Below are positions 36,328-50,800 of a stretch of 64,000 nucleotides of DNA, one piece after another. The notes under the pieces are model-generated. The model was not told the DNA's origin. It saw nothing but the letters and a program-made list of their open reading frames with translations, and did not search any database. Source of the stretch: an uncultured Candidatus Peribacteria bacterium (GTDB taxonomy: Bacteria; Patescibacteriota; Gracilibacteria; Peribacterales; Peribacteraceae); contig CAZATU010000003.1 in NCBI GenBank assembly GCA_964488165.1, positions 79,372 through 143,371 of the forward strand, read 5' to 3'. The translations under genes and the position numbers were made by a program. Numbering within the stretch: the stretch's first letter is position 1; each line of letters starts with the position of its first letter.

Positions 36328-37369
36328 GCAGCACCTCTTCATCCACGACACCGGCATCGCGGAACCTACGCCATGTGGCACCACCTCCCTCCACAAGGAC
36401 GCTTGTGATGCCCCCTGCTCCGCCCCGATGCGACAACAGGGCATCCCAGAGCGGTGCCCATGCGAAGCCGCCTTCCGCAAAGGGCAGGCACTCTACGGCA
36501 ATGCCCCGCGATCGGAGCTCCTGTACTGCCGTGTCGCCATCGCTGACACGGGCGGCATCCACAACAAGCATCGTACGATCGGGCCGGTCGTCGGTCAGGA
36601 CCCTGGCGCCTCTCGGGCAACGCAGCGTCGGATCGAGAATGATGCGAAGCGGTTGTACATGATCAATTTTTGTACTCGTTCTATTTTTTTGTTCAATGAT
36701 ATTGTTTTCTTGAAGAGAAAAAATTTGAACACTTCTGTTATTCAATAATGGATCATCCGAGCGAACTGTGTCGACGCCTACGAGGATGGCATCGTGCCGC
36801 GCGCGCAGCCAGGCATGGGACCATTGGTTCTGTGTGTCGCTCGTGATGCGACGCGGGGAACCGTCGGGGTTCGCGATGGCACCATCGCGGGCAATCGCCT
36901 GTTTGAGCGTCACCCACGGGCGGCCGAGGCGACGGGCGGCAACGAAGCCGCGATTGAACCGTTCGCAGAGGAGCGACGATACCGGACCCCGCACGTCGAC
37001 GCCCTGCGCGCGCAGCCGCTGGATGCCGGCGCCCGCGACTCTCGGGTCGGGGTCGACCATGCCGACGACGACGCGCCGGATACCCGCCGCAACGATGGCC
37101 TCCGTGCAGGGAGGCGTTTTGCCCGTGTGGCAACAGGGTTCCAGATTGACGTAGAGGATGTCTTCTGAACTAATTTTTTGATCAAACTTTTGGAGAAGAT
37201 CTCGCTCCGCATGCGGATTTCCATATCCGCAGTGCCACCCCTCCGCGAGCACAGCACCATCGCGAACAAGGATGGCCCCGACGAGCGCGCCGTTGCCCAC
37301 TAATCCCCTGCCCCGCTCCGCGAGATCGAGGCACCGGCGCAGCAACGCGTCATGGTGCTCGAAGCTCAT
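36311..37369 (-). CDS. ribD: Bifunctional riboflavin biosynthesis protein RibD (deaminase/reductase)
   Basis: Deaminase zinc motifs HAE...PCCHTGKTPPC. Reductase part ...DDPLLNNR...PLRIILD...VEGG. Start trimmed to MSFEHHDALL, an ATGA overlap with the upstream gene. Confidence 0.9.
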   Translation of the reverse strand: MSFEHHDALLRRCLDLAERGRGLVGNGALVGAILVRDGAVLAEGWHCGYGNPHAERDLLQKFDQKISSEDILYVNLEPCCHTGKTPPCTEAIVAAGIRRVVVGMVDPDPRVAGAGIQRLRAQGVDVRGPVSSLLCERFNRGFVAARRLGRPWVTLKQAIARDGAIANPDGSPRRITSDTQNQWSHAWLRARHDAILVGVDTVRSDDPLLNNRSVQIFSLQENNIIEQKNRTSTKIDHVQPLRIILDPTLRCPRGARVLTDDRPDRTMLVVDAARVSDGDTAVQELRSRGIAVECLPFAEGGFAWAPLWDALLSHRGGAGGITSVLVEGGGATWRRFRDAGVVDEEVLLTGLS

Positions 37370-37809
37370 CGGCGGTCGAGGTACTTCTGCAGTGGTGAGA
37401 GGTGCGGTGGTACTTGCGGGAGCGGCGCGGGTGGTTCTTCTGCGACGGGCTCCTCCATCGGCGTCTGCTCGGCGGACACGCTCGGCTTGGGCAGCAACCG
37501 ATGATGGCGATGGATCTTCAGAAGATTGCGCAGGCCGCCAGTGCCGTTCTCGAGGACATGCGCGATGCGCGTCACTGTCGCCGTGCTGGCTCCGGTCTCT
37601 TTGGCGACCTGGCGGTAGCTCCACCCCTTGCCGATGAGCCGTGCGATTTCGAGGCGCTCGCTCAACGCCTGCATCTCGCTGAGTGTGCTCAAATCACGGA
37701 GCACATCTTCAAACGGAGCATCCGATCGGGCGGCCGTACGCAGGGCCGAAACCAACGATCGAAACCACGGTTCCTTGCGCCAAGCGTCTTCTGTAAAACG
37801 TCGCTTCAT
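37366..37809 (-). CDS. TrpR-like YerC/YecD family DNA-binding protein with C-terminal extension
   Basis: ...LSERLEIARLIGKGWSYRQVAKETGASTATVTRIAHVLENGTGG matches the YerC/YecD HTH (TGASTATI.RV). Start could be 37857 or 37809. Confidence 0.75.
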   Translation of the reverse strand: MKRRFTEDAWRKEPWFRSLVSALRTAARSDAPFEDVLRDLSTLSEMQALSERLEIARLIGKGWSYRQVAKETGASTATVTRIAHVLENGTGGLRNLLKIHRHHRLLPKPSVSAEQTPMEEPVAEEPPAPLPQVPPHLSPLQKYLDRR

Positions 37810-37921
37810 GCGAACAAGACTACTATAGACCATTCCAGTGTCAACGTAGTAAAACATTGATCATCTGGATGACGCTTGGAATCCTTCGCTCCTTTTGACA
37901 GCCGTACTACACTGTTGACGC

Positions 37922-38557
37922 ATGCGCAAAGAAGATGCATTAAACGCTGTAGAGGACGTGTCGAGTTTCCTCGCCGGCGGAGGCTCGGTGTGCTCGTTTG
38001 CAACCATGGCCGCGCGGTGCGGCCAGGTACTCTATTGCCCCACGACAATTGATGCAGGCACTCAGCGGACGATTGCTCCCGTGATACGCAGATTCCTCCA
38101 AGGGGCACAGCGCGACACTGCAGGCCGCGCCTACGCCTGCATCGTCATCGACACTGCGGCGCCGACCACGGCGGCGGAACACCGCGACCGTGCCTATGCG
38201 TTACGGGAGGAGGTCGGCGTGGCCATCCTCCAATCGCAGCGTCTGCTGCCGATTGCCTGGGGTCTTCGTTCACAGGCAAAGCACCTGCTGGAAGAGCGCC
38301 CGGGCGTCTTGTCGATCCCGGCGGGCGCGCTGGAAACCGTGCTCTTTGCCATGGCACCGCACTATCCCCCGCGCCATCGCCGCCACGCCCCGAGGCTCAT
38401 CCTGCCACTCACGCTGCGCAACGACGCGATTATGCTGGGCACGGCGCACCCCAAGGTCGTCGAGATGATCCACGACGAGGTATTCCAGCGCTGCGACGAA
38501 CTGCTGGGTGCTATGGCCTTCTACGAAGAGATGACGTCGGAAAGCAGTGGGGCGTAG
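37922..38557 (+). CDS. Hypothetical protein
   Basis: 211-aa ORF, divergent from the TrpR-like gene. No motif recognised. Confidence 0.5.
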   Translation: MRKEDALNAVEDVSSFLAGGGSVCSFATMAARCGQVLYCPTTIDAGTQRTIAPVIRRFLQGAQRDTAGRAYACIVIDTAAPTTAAEHRDRAYALREEVGVAILQSQRLLPIAWGLRSQAKHLLEERPGVLSIPAGALETVLFAMAPHYPPRHRRHAPRLILPLTLRNDAIMLGTAHPKVVEMIHDEVFQRCDELLGAMAFYEEMTSESSGA

Positions 38558-38566
38558 AATGCCGGC

Positions 38567-39973
38567 ATGTACGAACGCCTCCTGCGCGCGTCGGCTCTTG
38601 CCTTCACCATCGCGTTTGCCGCAGCTGCTATTGGCATGTTCTTTCATGATATCGCGATCAACCCGCAGTACGACAATCAAGGCATCTGGTACGCATCCGA
38701 TGGAATCACGGCACTCTACCGCGGAACGCTGGATGACTTCTACTTCGCCAAACGCAAGTACCCGCTGCTCTACGTCATGCCATACATTCCCCTCCTGCTC
38801 CCACTGCCGTACGGGGGACCGCCCACCGCCATCTTCTTCGCCATCGGGCGCTTCGTGAGCTTTGTATACGGCATCGGGACGCTCGCGATGCTCTGGCTTG
38901 CTGGCAAGAGACTGCACTTGGGCAAAACACCCATGCTCCTCGCAATGACCAGCATCATGCTGGTGTTGTTCTCTTCGGCCATACGTCCACACATCGCCGT
39001 TACGTTCTGGACACTGTGCACGTACATCTGCGCACTACGCCTCGCGGAGCGGCGGACCACTTCACGGGCAGTGCTAGCATTTGGCGCAGCGACCATCGCT
39101 TTCTGCACCCTGCAGAGCGGACTGTTGGCATTCATTTTTCCGGTCTGGGCATGGCTGCGGACGAGTCGCTCCCGGCGCGACGCCCTCCTCCTTGGCTCGA
39201 TCCTGTGCGTGTGTGCCGGAGTCAGTGCGGTGCTGGGCTACCCCTTCCTCTTTGCGCCAGGTACCGAAGTTTCGGCGGACTTAGGTCACGACGTGGGCCT
39301 GCGGTTCGGTGTCGCACACCTGCCTGCCCTCCTCGCACACCTCCTGGGTAATAGCCCCCTTCTCTTCCTCCTCGCAGCACTTGGCGTAGCACGATGGATC
39401 CGCGGCCCGCGCGAACCATGGGACGTCCGGTTGACCCCCGTCGTGGTCTACATCGCCCTCTTCACAAGCATATTTACCCTGCACACCTCGACCGTTGGGC
39501 GGTTTTTCCTGCCCGTACTCCTCCTCCTGCCTCTCCTTACGGCGCGCACGTTCGTGTCACTCCCCCGTCCGCTCGCCGCAGCATTCCTCCTCGCCATGAC
39601 CGTCGTGCACGGGAATATCGCTCGGCTCTCGCTGAAGCCCAATACCTACCAGCGCACCTGGGAATTCCTGGACCAGCGCGAAGGATTCGTTGCCACCGTA
39701 GGGCAGCCGTACTATTTCTTCGGCCTGGAACAGGCACGCATTGCCACTACGCCGGAAGAGGTGGAGCGCACGCAGACGCTCGTGATCCCTGACTATGACG
39801 GCAGAACGGGAAACCCCGAAACGTGGTCCTACTGCTTCCGGGTAGAATCGTCGCACTGGACAAAGGAGATCGTCCTCCTCTGGAACGATACCCCATGGGC
39901 ATTCGTGCACGCGCTCGAGGCCCGGGCGCTTGGCCCGAACCTCAGCGTATATTGCAGAAAGGAGGGTGCTTAA
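38567..39973 (+). CDS. Polytopic membrane protein, GT-C/ArnT-like (putative)
   Basis: ~11 hydrophobic segments followed by a C-terminal soluble domain. Architecture resembles the GT-C proteins at 6.5-12 kb. Function is inferred only. Confidence 0.6.
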   Translation: MYERLLRASALAFTIAFAAAAIGMFFHDIAINPQYDNQGIWYASDGITALYRGTLDDFYFAKRKYPLLYVMPYIPLLLPLPYGGPPTAIFFAIGRFVSFVYGIGTLAMLWLAGKRLHLGKTPMLLAMTSIMLVLFSSAIRPHIAVTFWTLCTYICALRLAERRTTSRAVLAFGAATIAFCTLQSGLLAFIFPVWAWLRTSRSRRDALLLGSILCVCAGVSAVLGYPFLFAPGTEVSADLGHDVGLRFGVAHLPALLAHLLGNSPLLFLLAALGVARWIRGPREPWDVRLTPVVVYIALFTSIFTLHTSTVGRFFLPVLLLLPLLTARTFVSLPRPLAAAFLLAMTVVHGNIARLSLKPNTYQRTWEFLDQREGFVATVGQPYYFFGLEQARIATTPEEVERTQTLVIPDYDGRTGNPETWSYCFRVESSHWTKEIVLLWNDTPWAFVHALEARALGPNLSVYCRKEGA

Positions 39974-42090
39974 CCGTTGCTGCGATCGATGGTCGTGGCA
40001 CCGGCGCGTGACTTCACGATCTCTTCGGCGACGTTCCGCGGCACCTTGTCGTAGTGGCTCGGCTCCATCGCGTAGCTCGCGCGACCCTGGGTCATGGAGC
40101 GCACGTCGGTGGCGTAGCCGAACATTTCGGCCAGTGGCACGCGGGCGTCGATGACTTTGGCCGTACCACGCTCGGTCTGGCCCAAGATGAGTCCGCGGCG
40201 GGACGACAGGTCGCCCATCACGTCGCCGAGGTATTCCTCGGGCGTCACCACTTCCACCTTCATGATCGGCTCGAGGATCACCGGGTCGGCCTTGCGTGCG
40301 GCGTCCTGGAACCCGATGGATGCAGCGAACTTATACGCCATTTCGGAGGAGTCGACGTCGTGGTACGAACCGTCGAGCAGCTCCACTTTGACGTCCACGA
40401 CGGAGAAACCGGCGAGGATGCCGCGGCTCATACCCTCCTGGAAGCCCTTGTCGCAGGGCGAGATGAATTCGCGGGGAATACGGCCACCCACCACGGAGTT
40501 GACGAATTCGTAACCCTTGCCCGCTTCCTGCGGGAAGAGCTTGAAGACGACGTGACCGTACTGACCGCGGCCACCCGTCTGCTTGATGTACTTGCTCTCG
40601 CCGTCGACTTCCTTCTGGATCGTTTCGCGGTAGGCCACCTGGGGCTTACCGACGTTGGATTCCACTTTGAACTCGCGGCGCATGCGGTCGACGATGATAT
40701 CGAGGTGGAGCTCTCCCATGCCCGCGATGATCGTCTGGCCGGTCTCGTCGTCGGTGCGGACGCGGAAGGTCGGGTCTTCTTCGGCCAGTTTCTGGAGGGC
40801 AATGCCCAATTTCTCCTGGTCGGCCTTGGTCTTGGGTTCGATGGCCATGGAGATCACCGGTTCAGCGAAGGAGATCGATTCGAGCTGGATCGGCTTGTCG
40901 CCGTCGCAAAGGGTTTCACCCGTGCGGACATCCTTGAGGCCGATGACAGCGCCGATGTCGCCCGCTTCGATCTGGGTGATTTCCTCGCGGGAGTTGGCGT
41001 GTAGGCGCACCAAGCGACCGATGCGCTCGGTGTTGCCAGAGCGCGCGTTAATGACGCCCGTACCGGCCTTGAGCACGCCGGAATAGACGCGGACGAAGGT
41101 CAGGCGGCCCACGAACGGGTCGGTGGCGATTTTGAACGCCAAGCCCGAGAAGGGCTGGTCGTTTGCGGCCTTGCGGGCCTCTTTCTCGCCCGAGTTCGGA
41201 TTGGTACCTTCCACAGCAGGGATGTCGAGAGGGCTCGGGAGGTAGGCAACGACGGCGTCGAGAAGGAGCTGGACGCCCATGTTCTTGAGGCTCGATCCGC
41301 AAAGCACGGGGTAGATCTTGCCGCTGACGGTGGCCTGGCGGATGCCGCGGTAGAGCTGCTCGTCGGTGAGCGCGCCGTTTTCGAGGTAATGGTCGATCAT
41401 GTCGTCATTGGCTTCGGCGACTTTCTCCATGAGCACAGCGCGGTACTCAAGCATCGGCTCATGCATATCCTCTGGAACGGGGCACTCCACCTGCTTCTCG
41501 CCGTGTTCGCCTTCGAAGGTGTAGGCCTTCTTGGCCACGAGGTCGATGATGCCCTTGAAGGTGCTCTCGGAGCCGATGGGCAGCTGAATCGCCACGGCAG
41601 CCTTGCTCAAACGGTCGTGGATTGAGCCGAGCGACATGAAGAAGTCACCACCGGTTTTATCCATTTTGTTGACGAAGGCGATGCGCGGCACGTCGTACTT
41701 ATCGGCCTGGCGCCACACCGTTTCCGACTGGGGCTCCACGCCCTGCGAGCCGTCGAAGACGACGCAACCACCGTCCAAGACGCGAAGGCTGCGTTCCACT
41801 TCGGCGGTGAAGTCGACGTGTCCGGGAGTATCGATGAGGTTGATTGTGAAATCGATGGGCGTGGGCTCGCCGGGGGCGATGCCCTTCCAGCGGCACTGCG
41901 TGGCGGCGGCGGTGATGGTGATGCCGCGCTCGCGCTCCTGTTCCATCCAGTCCATGGTGGCTTCACCCTCGTGCACTTCACCGATTTTGTAGTTCTTGCC
42001 GGTGTAGAAGAGGATGCGCTCGGACGTCGTCGTCTTGCCCGCGTCGATGTGGGCGATAATACCGATGTTTCGTACGTGCTTGAGATCCAT
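39970..42090 (-). CDS. fusA: Translation elongation factor G
   Basis: [31 protein letters not shown]...[11 protein letters not shown]. Start trimmed by 9 codons. Confidence 0.95.
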   Translation of the reverse strand: MDLKHVRNIGIIAHIDAGKTTTSERILFYTGKNYKIGEVHEGEATMDWMEQERERGITITAAATQCRWKGIAPGEPTPIDFTINLIDTPGHVDFTAEVERSLRVLDGGCVVFDGSQGVEPQSETVWRQADKYDVPRIAFVNKMDKTGGDFFMSLGSIHDRLSKAAVAIQLPIGSESTFKGIIDLVAKKAYTFEGEHGEKQVECPVPEDMHEPMLEYRAVLMEKVAEANDDMIDHYLENGALTDEQLYRGIRQATVSGKIYPVLCGSSLKNMGVQLLLDAVVAYLPSPLDIPAVEGTNPNSGEKEARKAANDQPFSGLAFKIATDPFVGRLTFVRVYSGVLKAGTGVINARSGNTERIGRLVRLHANSREEITQIEAGDIGAVIGLKDVRTGETLCDGDKPIQLESISFAEPVISMAIEPKTKADQEKLGIALQKLAEEDPTFRVRTDDETGQTIIAGMGELHLDIIVDRMRREFKVESNVGKPQVAYRETIQKEVDGESKYIKQTGGRGQYGHVVFKLFPQEAGKGYEFVNSVVGGRIPREFISPCDKGFQEGMSRGILAGFSVVDVKVELLDGSYHDVDSSEMAYKFAASIGFQDAARKADPVILEPIMKVEVVTPEEYLGDVMGDLSSRRGLILGQTERGTAKVIDARVPLAEMFGYATDVRSMTQGRASYAMEPSHYDKVPRNVAEEIVKSRAGATTIDRSNG

Positions 42091-42155
42091 AGAACGACAG
42101 GTGAAAACAGGTAGCAAAGGCGGACTCCGGGCACGGTGCCCGCAGACGCTTGGGG

Positions 42156-42184
42156 ACTATAGGGAAGCCCCGAAACAAGCGCAA
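42156..42184 (-). promoter_or_regulatory. Sigma70-like promoter candidate for fusA
   Basis: Minus strand: TTGCGC (42184-42179), 17-nt spacer, TATAGT (42161-42156). Confidence 0.45.
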
Positions 42185-42214
42185 TGGCTGATCCGGCGGC
42201 AAATCGCTTTGCCG

Positions 42215-42439
42215 TCAGGCCGCGAGCCAGGCTCCCCGACGCTCCAACTCGGCATCGACGATGGGGCCGATCTGCGCGAGCGCGGATTCCCCTTCCCCCA
42301 TCGGCATATCCGCTGCCAGAACCGCCCCCCAGACGTCGCGACGCAGCACATCGCTTAGGCCCACACGCGAGGCTTCCATGAGCGACGTATAGTATGCTTC
42401 AAATGCGCTTTGGAGCTGCGGGAACAGGGAATCGTTCAT
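42215..42439 (-). CDS. Small hypothetical protein (74 aa)
   Basis: ORF preceded by the best promoter match in the window (next feature). No motif recognised. Confidence 0.5.
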   Translation of the reverse strand: MNDSLFPQLQSAFEAYYTSLMEASRVGLSDVLRRDVWGAVLAADMPMGEGESALAQIGPIVDAELERRGAWLAA

Positions 42440-42474
42440 GGGAGCTGCGTTGGGGGAAGTTTTTTGACCGAACT

Positions 42475-42502
42475 ATTATACTGATTTTTCTATTTTTTGC
42501 AA
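42475..42502 (-). promoter_or_regulatory. Strong sigma70-like promoter candidate in an AT-rich spacer
   Basis: Minus strand: TTGCAA (42502-42497), 16-nt spacer, TATAAT (42480-42475). A 35-nt leader runs to ATG 42439. Confidence 0.55.
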
Positions 42503-42549
42503 TGGTCCATGAGGCACTCCCAAAGAGAGCGTACCCAGCCGCACCACCC

Positions 42550-42945
42550 TCAAGCCGTACGACGTCCGAGTTCGCGCCATGTATACCCAAGACGCCGCAG
42601 CCGCCAGGCAGAGCGCCCTGCAGCCGCAAGCACGAAAGCAAAGAACAGCCACGGAATGAGTCCGCCCACCACCACCGCGACCAGTGCCACCAGCGGCGGA
42701 ATCCGCAGCTCCACAGCCACCTGGAAGAGGAAGTACGCCACCGTGAAGAACGCGGCAATATCGGCAAAACTCAGCAGCAGGCTGAGTGTGGTCGCCACGG
42801 CGAGCGGAAGCCCCTGCAGCAACGGCGAGGCGAAGAGTACACAAAGACCGATCGTCATCTTCGCGGCGACGGCGATCAGCAAAGCACGGTTGGTGCGCGC
42901 AAGGTCGGGCAATGGCCGCGATGCTGTGCGGCCGTGGACGATCAC
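42550..42945 (-). CDS. Small polytopic membrane protein (hypothetical)
   Basis: 131 aa with ~4 hydrophobic helices. The GTG start overlaps the rpsG stop (GTGA). Confidence 0.5.
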   Translation of the reverse strand: MIVHGRTASRPLPDLARTNRALLIAVAAKMTIGLCVLFASPLLQGLPLAVATTLSLLLSFADIAAFFTVAYFLFQVAVELRIPPLVALVAVVVGGLIPWLFFAFVLAAAGRSAWRLRRLGYTWRELGRRTA

Positions 42946-43394
42946 TTGGCAAGATGCGCGAACGCCTTGTTGGCCTGGGCCATCTTGAGGACGTCCTGCT
43001 TCTTTTTCACGGCGCCGCCCTGTTCGGCTGAGGCATCAAGCAGCTCGAGAGCGAGCTTCTGTGCCATGGGAATGCCGCTGCGATCGCGCGCGGCATTGAG
43101 GATCCAGCGGAAGGAGAGGGCCTGCTGGCGCTTGGGGTTCACTTCGACCGGCACCTGATACACGGCGCCACCGACGCGCTTGGGGCGCACTTCGACGAGC
43201 GGCGTGGTGTTGAGCAGGGCCTTCTGGAACACTTCGAGCGGAGCGTCTTTCGTGCGCGTCTTGATGACCTCCATGGAATCCCAGAACACGCGGCGGGCTA
43301 CGGACTTCTTGCCGTCGTGCATCATGCAGTTGATAAACTTCTCGATGAGAGGAGAAGAGTCGGCCGGGATGAAAGCTTTGATGGGCTTAGGCAT
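42942..43394 (-). CDS. rpsG: 30S ribosomal protein S7
   Basis: ...KFINCMMHDGKKSVARRVF...VEVRPKRVGGAVYQVPVEV... Confidence 0.95.
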   Translation of the reverse strand: MPKPIKAFIPADSSPLIEKFINCMMHDGKKSVARRVFWDSMEVIKTRTKDAPLEVFQKALLNTTPLVEVRPKRVGGAVYQVPVEVNPKRQQALSFRWILNAARDRSGIPMAQKLALELLDASAEQGGAVKKKQDVLKMAQANKAFAHLAK

Positions 43395-43414
43395 AGAGGG
43401 GGGCGATCAGGAGA

Positions 43415-43837
43415 TTATGCTTTCTTGGGACGGCGCGCGCCGTAGCGGCTGCGGCCTTGCTTGCGGTTGCGAACACCTTCGGTATCGAGCACGCCGCGGA
43501 CGATGTGGTAGCGGACACCCGGAAGGTCTTTCACGCGGCCTCCGCGGACAAGAACGACGGAGTGTTCCTGGAGGTTGTGGCCTTCACCCATGATATAGGC
43601 CTTCACTTCGTGACCGTTGGTAAGGCGAACGCGGGCGATCTTACGCAAGGCGGAGTTCGGCTTCTTCGGCGTCATGGTGGTGACTTTGAGGCACACGCCG
43701 CGCTTGAAGGGGGCGCCTGCAGGCAGCGGAACCGGCTTCATGAGCAGGGAGTTCCAGGTGTACTGGAGCGCCGGGGACTTCGATTTGGCGCGCTTATTGC
43801 GGCGAGGCCGACGGATGAGCTGGTTGATGGTAGGCAT
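43415..43837 (-). CDS. rpsL: 30S ribosomal protein S12
   Basis: [13 protein letters not shown]...[67 protein letters not shown]. Start trimmed to 140 codons. Confidence 0.95.
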   Translation of the reverse strand: MPTINQLIRRPRRNKRAKSKSPALQYTWNSLLMKPVPLPAGAPFKRGVCLKVTTMTPKKPNSALRKIARVRLTNGHEVKAYIMGEGHNLQEHSVVLVRGGRVKDLPGVRYHIVRGVLDTEGVRNRKQGRSRYGARRPKKA

Positions 43838-43881
43838 ACGAGGCTGGAAGGGTACTGGGAAACAAACGGGGTGACAAGGGC

Positions 43882-47727
<3,846 letters not shown>

Positions 47728-47825
47728 GAAACGCTTGGGGAAGAGGAAAAATGCACACATGCAAGCCGGTCGCCTCCTGGCCACGTTCGTCTCAAACGTG
47801 CGGAAAACGCCCGGTGAATGGGTCT

Positions 47826-47853
47826 ATTGTACCGATCCCCTACTTTCTCGCAA
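47826..47853 (-). promoter_or_regulatory. Sigma70-like promoter candidate for rpoC
   Basis: Minus strand: TTGCGA (47853-47848), 16-nt spacer, TACAAT (47831-47826). About 90-nt leader. Confidence 0.45.
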
Positions 47854-47860
47854 GCGGTTT

Positions 47861-50800
47861 TTACGCGAGTTCGTCGCGGGGGGGCATATCCGGCAGCGGA
47901 GGGCGGGTGCCCATGCGCGCCGTTCGGTCGCCTCCTTCCACGCCACTGCGGATCGCAGCGGGATCGAGGCCGGGCATTGTGCGCTTCACGGCTTCATCGG
48001 CAAGCACGTGGGCCTCGCCATACGTGTGTAGGGGCGAGCCATCGGGCTTCTTCTGGTCAAGGAAGTGCAGGAGGTAGAAGGAGTAGTACGAGCTTGCATC
48101 GCTCCAGTCGCCGCCCACTACGCCAGTAGCAATATTGGTGACGATCTCCTTGGTATGCACGATCATCGTGACGCGTCCGGTATGGGCGCTGGAAAGCTCG
48201 GTGTAGAGGTTGGTCCGGAGGTTCGCGGGGTCAAGACCACCGCTGTGGCAGGCGATGACGTCGAACGTGAAGCGGCAATCTGGGAAGGCATCTACAAGCC
48301 TGCCAACATCGGCGGGGCTTAAGGGGAACCGCGTTCTGCCGTCGGCGCTGGTAAACGACATACCCGTTGTGGAGCCGTGCACGCCAAGTGAAATGTAGAA
48401 ATCACGCACACCCTGGGCAGTCATGGCGCGCACACTCTCTTCCATCATCGCGTGAGGATCACGGTCGACGCCGCGCGCCGGCGCGCCGGAACTTACGAAC
48501 GTATGCCCACGGCCGGCGAGCATGCGCGGCATGTTCGTAATGTTGTTGCGAGTGATGTTCTGCTTGGCGTCGTAGAGGCCGATATAGCCAATGGGCCGAT
48601 CGCGAGGCAGGTCGAACGTGCGCATCCTTGCGCTGTCGGCGCGCTCGGAAGCGCGGATCGCCTCGCCACGACGCATGGCCTGCTCTACATCGGGCTTGAT
48701 GGCCGGGGTTCCGGTGGAAATATTGGTAAAGAGATCGCCCAAGTGCAGGCTGATCTGCGTCGACGGATCATCGGCGCGGCGCAACGTCACCTCGCTGCTA
48801 TCACCATCGTCGCCTCGGAGGTCCCAGGTGGAGAAGAGCCAACGCTGGGCAACGCCATCGACCGTGCGGGTAAACCCAAAGCATTCCCAGTCCGCTGCAC
48901 CAGCATTCTTGAATACCTCGATTGAGGTCGTGCCGCTGGTATAGCGCGGTGCGCGGGTGAAGCAGCGGTCGACGGATTGGTAGAAATTGAATTTGTCTTG
49001 GTTTGAGAGAGCCCTTCTGCGCAAAAGGAACAGCACCGAGCTGCGAGTATTGACTGAATTGGCTCCGCCTTCGGGCGTTTGCGTCGAGGCATCGTAGGTC
49101 ATCTGCCAGCCGCGGTAGCTCATGTGCACTTTGCGACCCTCGATGCGATGGCCCATGGTGCCCCAGGTGAGGGCATTAACGCGCTTGGCAAAGTCCTGGT
49201 CATCGGCGGAGGGGCCGATGGCATCGGCACCCGTCACATCGCCTGCGCTATACTCGGGAGGCCGCACCGGCGCAGTCTTCACGAATGTAAGCGCTCTACG
49301 TTGCTCGGCGGCAGGATCGGTAATGATCCTGTTGCCCTCTGCGGCACGATTACGAAGCAACGTACGCGACGTATCGTTGGCAGCAAGGGCGGTCAGCGCT
49401 GCGGGTGCTTCGAGCGTGTCGGCTACAGCAAGGCGCTGCTCCACCGTAGCGTTCTTGATGAGGTACGATGACCCGCTCGCCGGCACAATCGTGATGATGC
49501 CCATGAGTCGCGTTGCCGAGAACGGCGCAGGATCGGCATCGGGCAAGGCGATCGAACCGTTGGCTTGAATGGTGTAGCGCTTGGTTGTAGCGCCAACGGT
49601 GACATCGACAGTCACGGCTGCCGTCGCAGGATCGACTGAGAAGGTGGTTGCCCTGTTCTTGATGAGCCTTGGAGGCAAGCCCACAAGCGCTGCTGGGCGC
49701 ACGGCCTCAGGGGCGACATCGCGCGTCACGGCGGGGCTGCCGGCGGGCTGGAAGGTAAAGCGGCCGGGCGTGCGGGAGGTAAAGAGCACGGCGCCTCCTG
49801 CTCTACCGATGCTAAAGGGCAAAGTGGTGATATCCACGGCGCGGCCCCCCGTCTTGAGGCTGCCGTCTGCCAATACTTCATAGACAGTGGTCGTACCGTT
49901 GATGACTGCGGTAAAGGAGATCGGTGATGCGGGCGGCGCAACGCGGAATTCGTGGGTGCGGAAAATCGTCATCGCAGCCGGGAAGCCCTCGAAGCCGGCC
50001 GCTGGCGCGGTGGGCACGCGGTCGACTTCATCGCGGAACGCGCGCGCCGCAGCTTCGAGACGGTCTTTGACCGTGCTGTTCGGCTCGAGCACGTTGAACG
50101 AGCGCGTGGTGCCCCTGTAGGTAAGGGCGACGCTGCGGGGAGGCGTGATGGCAAAGGTCATGCCCGCGGGCAACACAGCGGAAGCCACTGCGGCTTCGAA
50201 GCTGCCGGGCGGGGCCTCTGGGGCGTTGAGCGAAATGCCCGCGGCGATGATGGCATTCGTGTAGGTCGTTTCGAGTGCGGCACCCGAATCAGGCTCCGCG
50301 CCCACGGGGGCCAGGTTGATATCGACGGTGCGGGTGACGCCCGTCTTGCTCATGCGGACAAGGGTGTAGCTCGGGTACGCCTTGGTGATGCTGCCCGGGA
50401 GCGTCACTCTCGACCATGCCCGCTCAAAGCCCCTGCGGCGCTGCAGCTCCCTTGCCGACATCGTGAGGAAGGGCGTGATGGCAACGGCGGTGGTGAGGCC
50501 GGGAGCAATCGGGACCGTGCGCGTGAGGCCGTCAAACGACAATGTCACATCGCGCCCGGCGACCGTCACGATCGAAACACCTGCGGGCAACACGATGCCG
50601 CGGACCATGGCTTCGAAGCCGGGAGCGGTTGTTTCTGCAATGGTACGACGTACGGTCTGCGTGCCGACCTGGAAGGCGAATGTGCCGTTTTGGGTGCAGG
50701 TGATGGTGAGGGCTCCATCGCGGCGGGTGACCGTGAACGGCGCGCCGCCCGCAGGAACGATGGCGCCCGCAGCGTTGATCACGAACGGCCGGGCATCCGC

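Noticed and set aside
36650-36750. Strikingly AT-rich ~100-bp patch (and a second at 37145-37200) inside GC-rich ribD, considered as an insertion or embedded regulatory element
   Set aside because: Both stay in frame and encode Asn/Ile/Lys/Gln/Phe-rich variable loops (NNRSVQIFSLQENNIIEQKNRTSTKI; LLQKFDQKISSEDILY) at positions where RibD orthologs are variable. Similar Lys/Asn-driven AT-rich patches occur in glyQS, ychF and the ATPase. The amino-acid content explains the composition.
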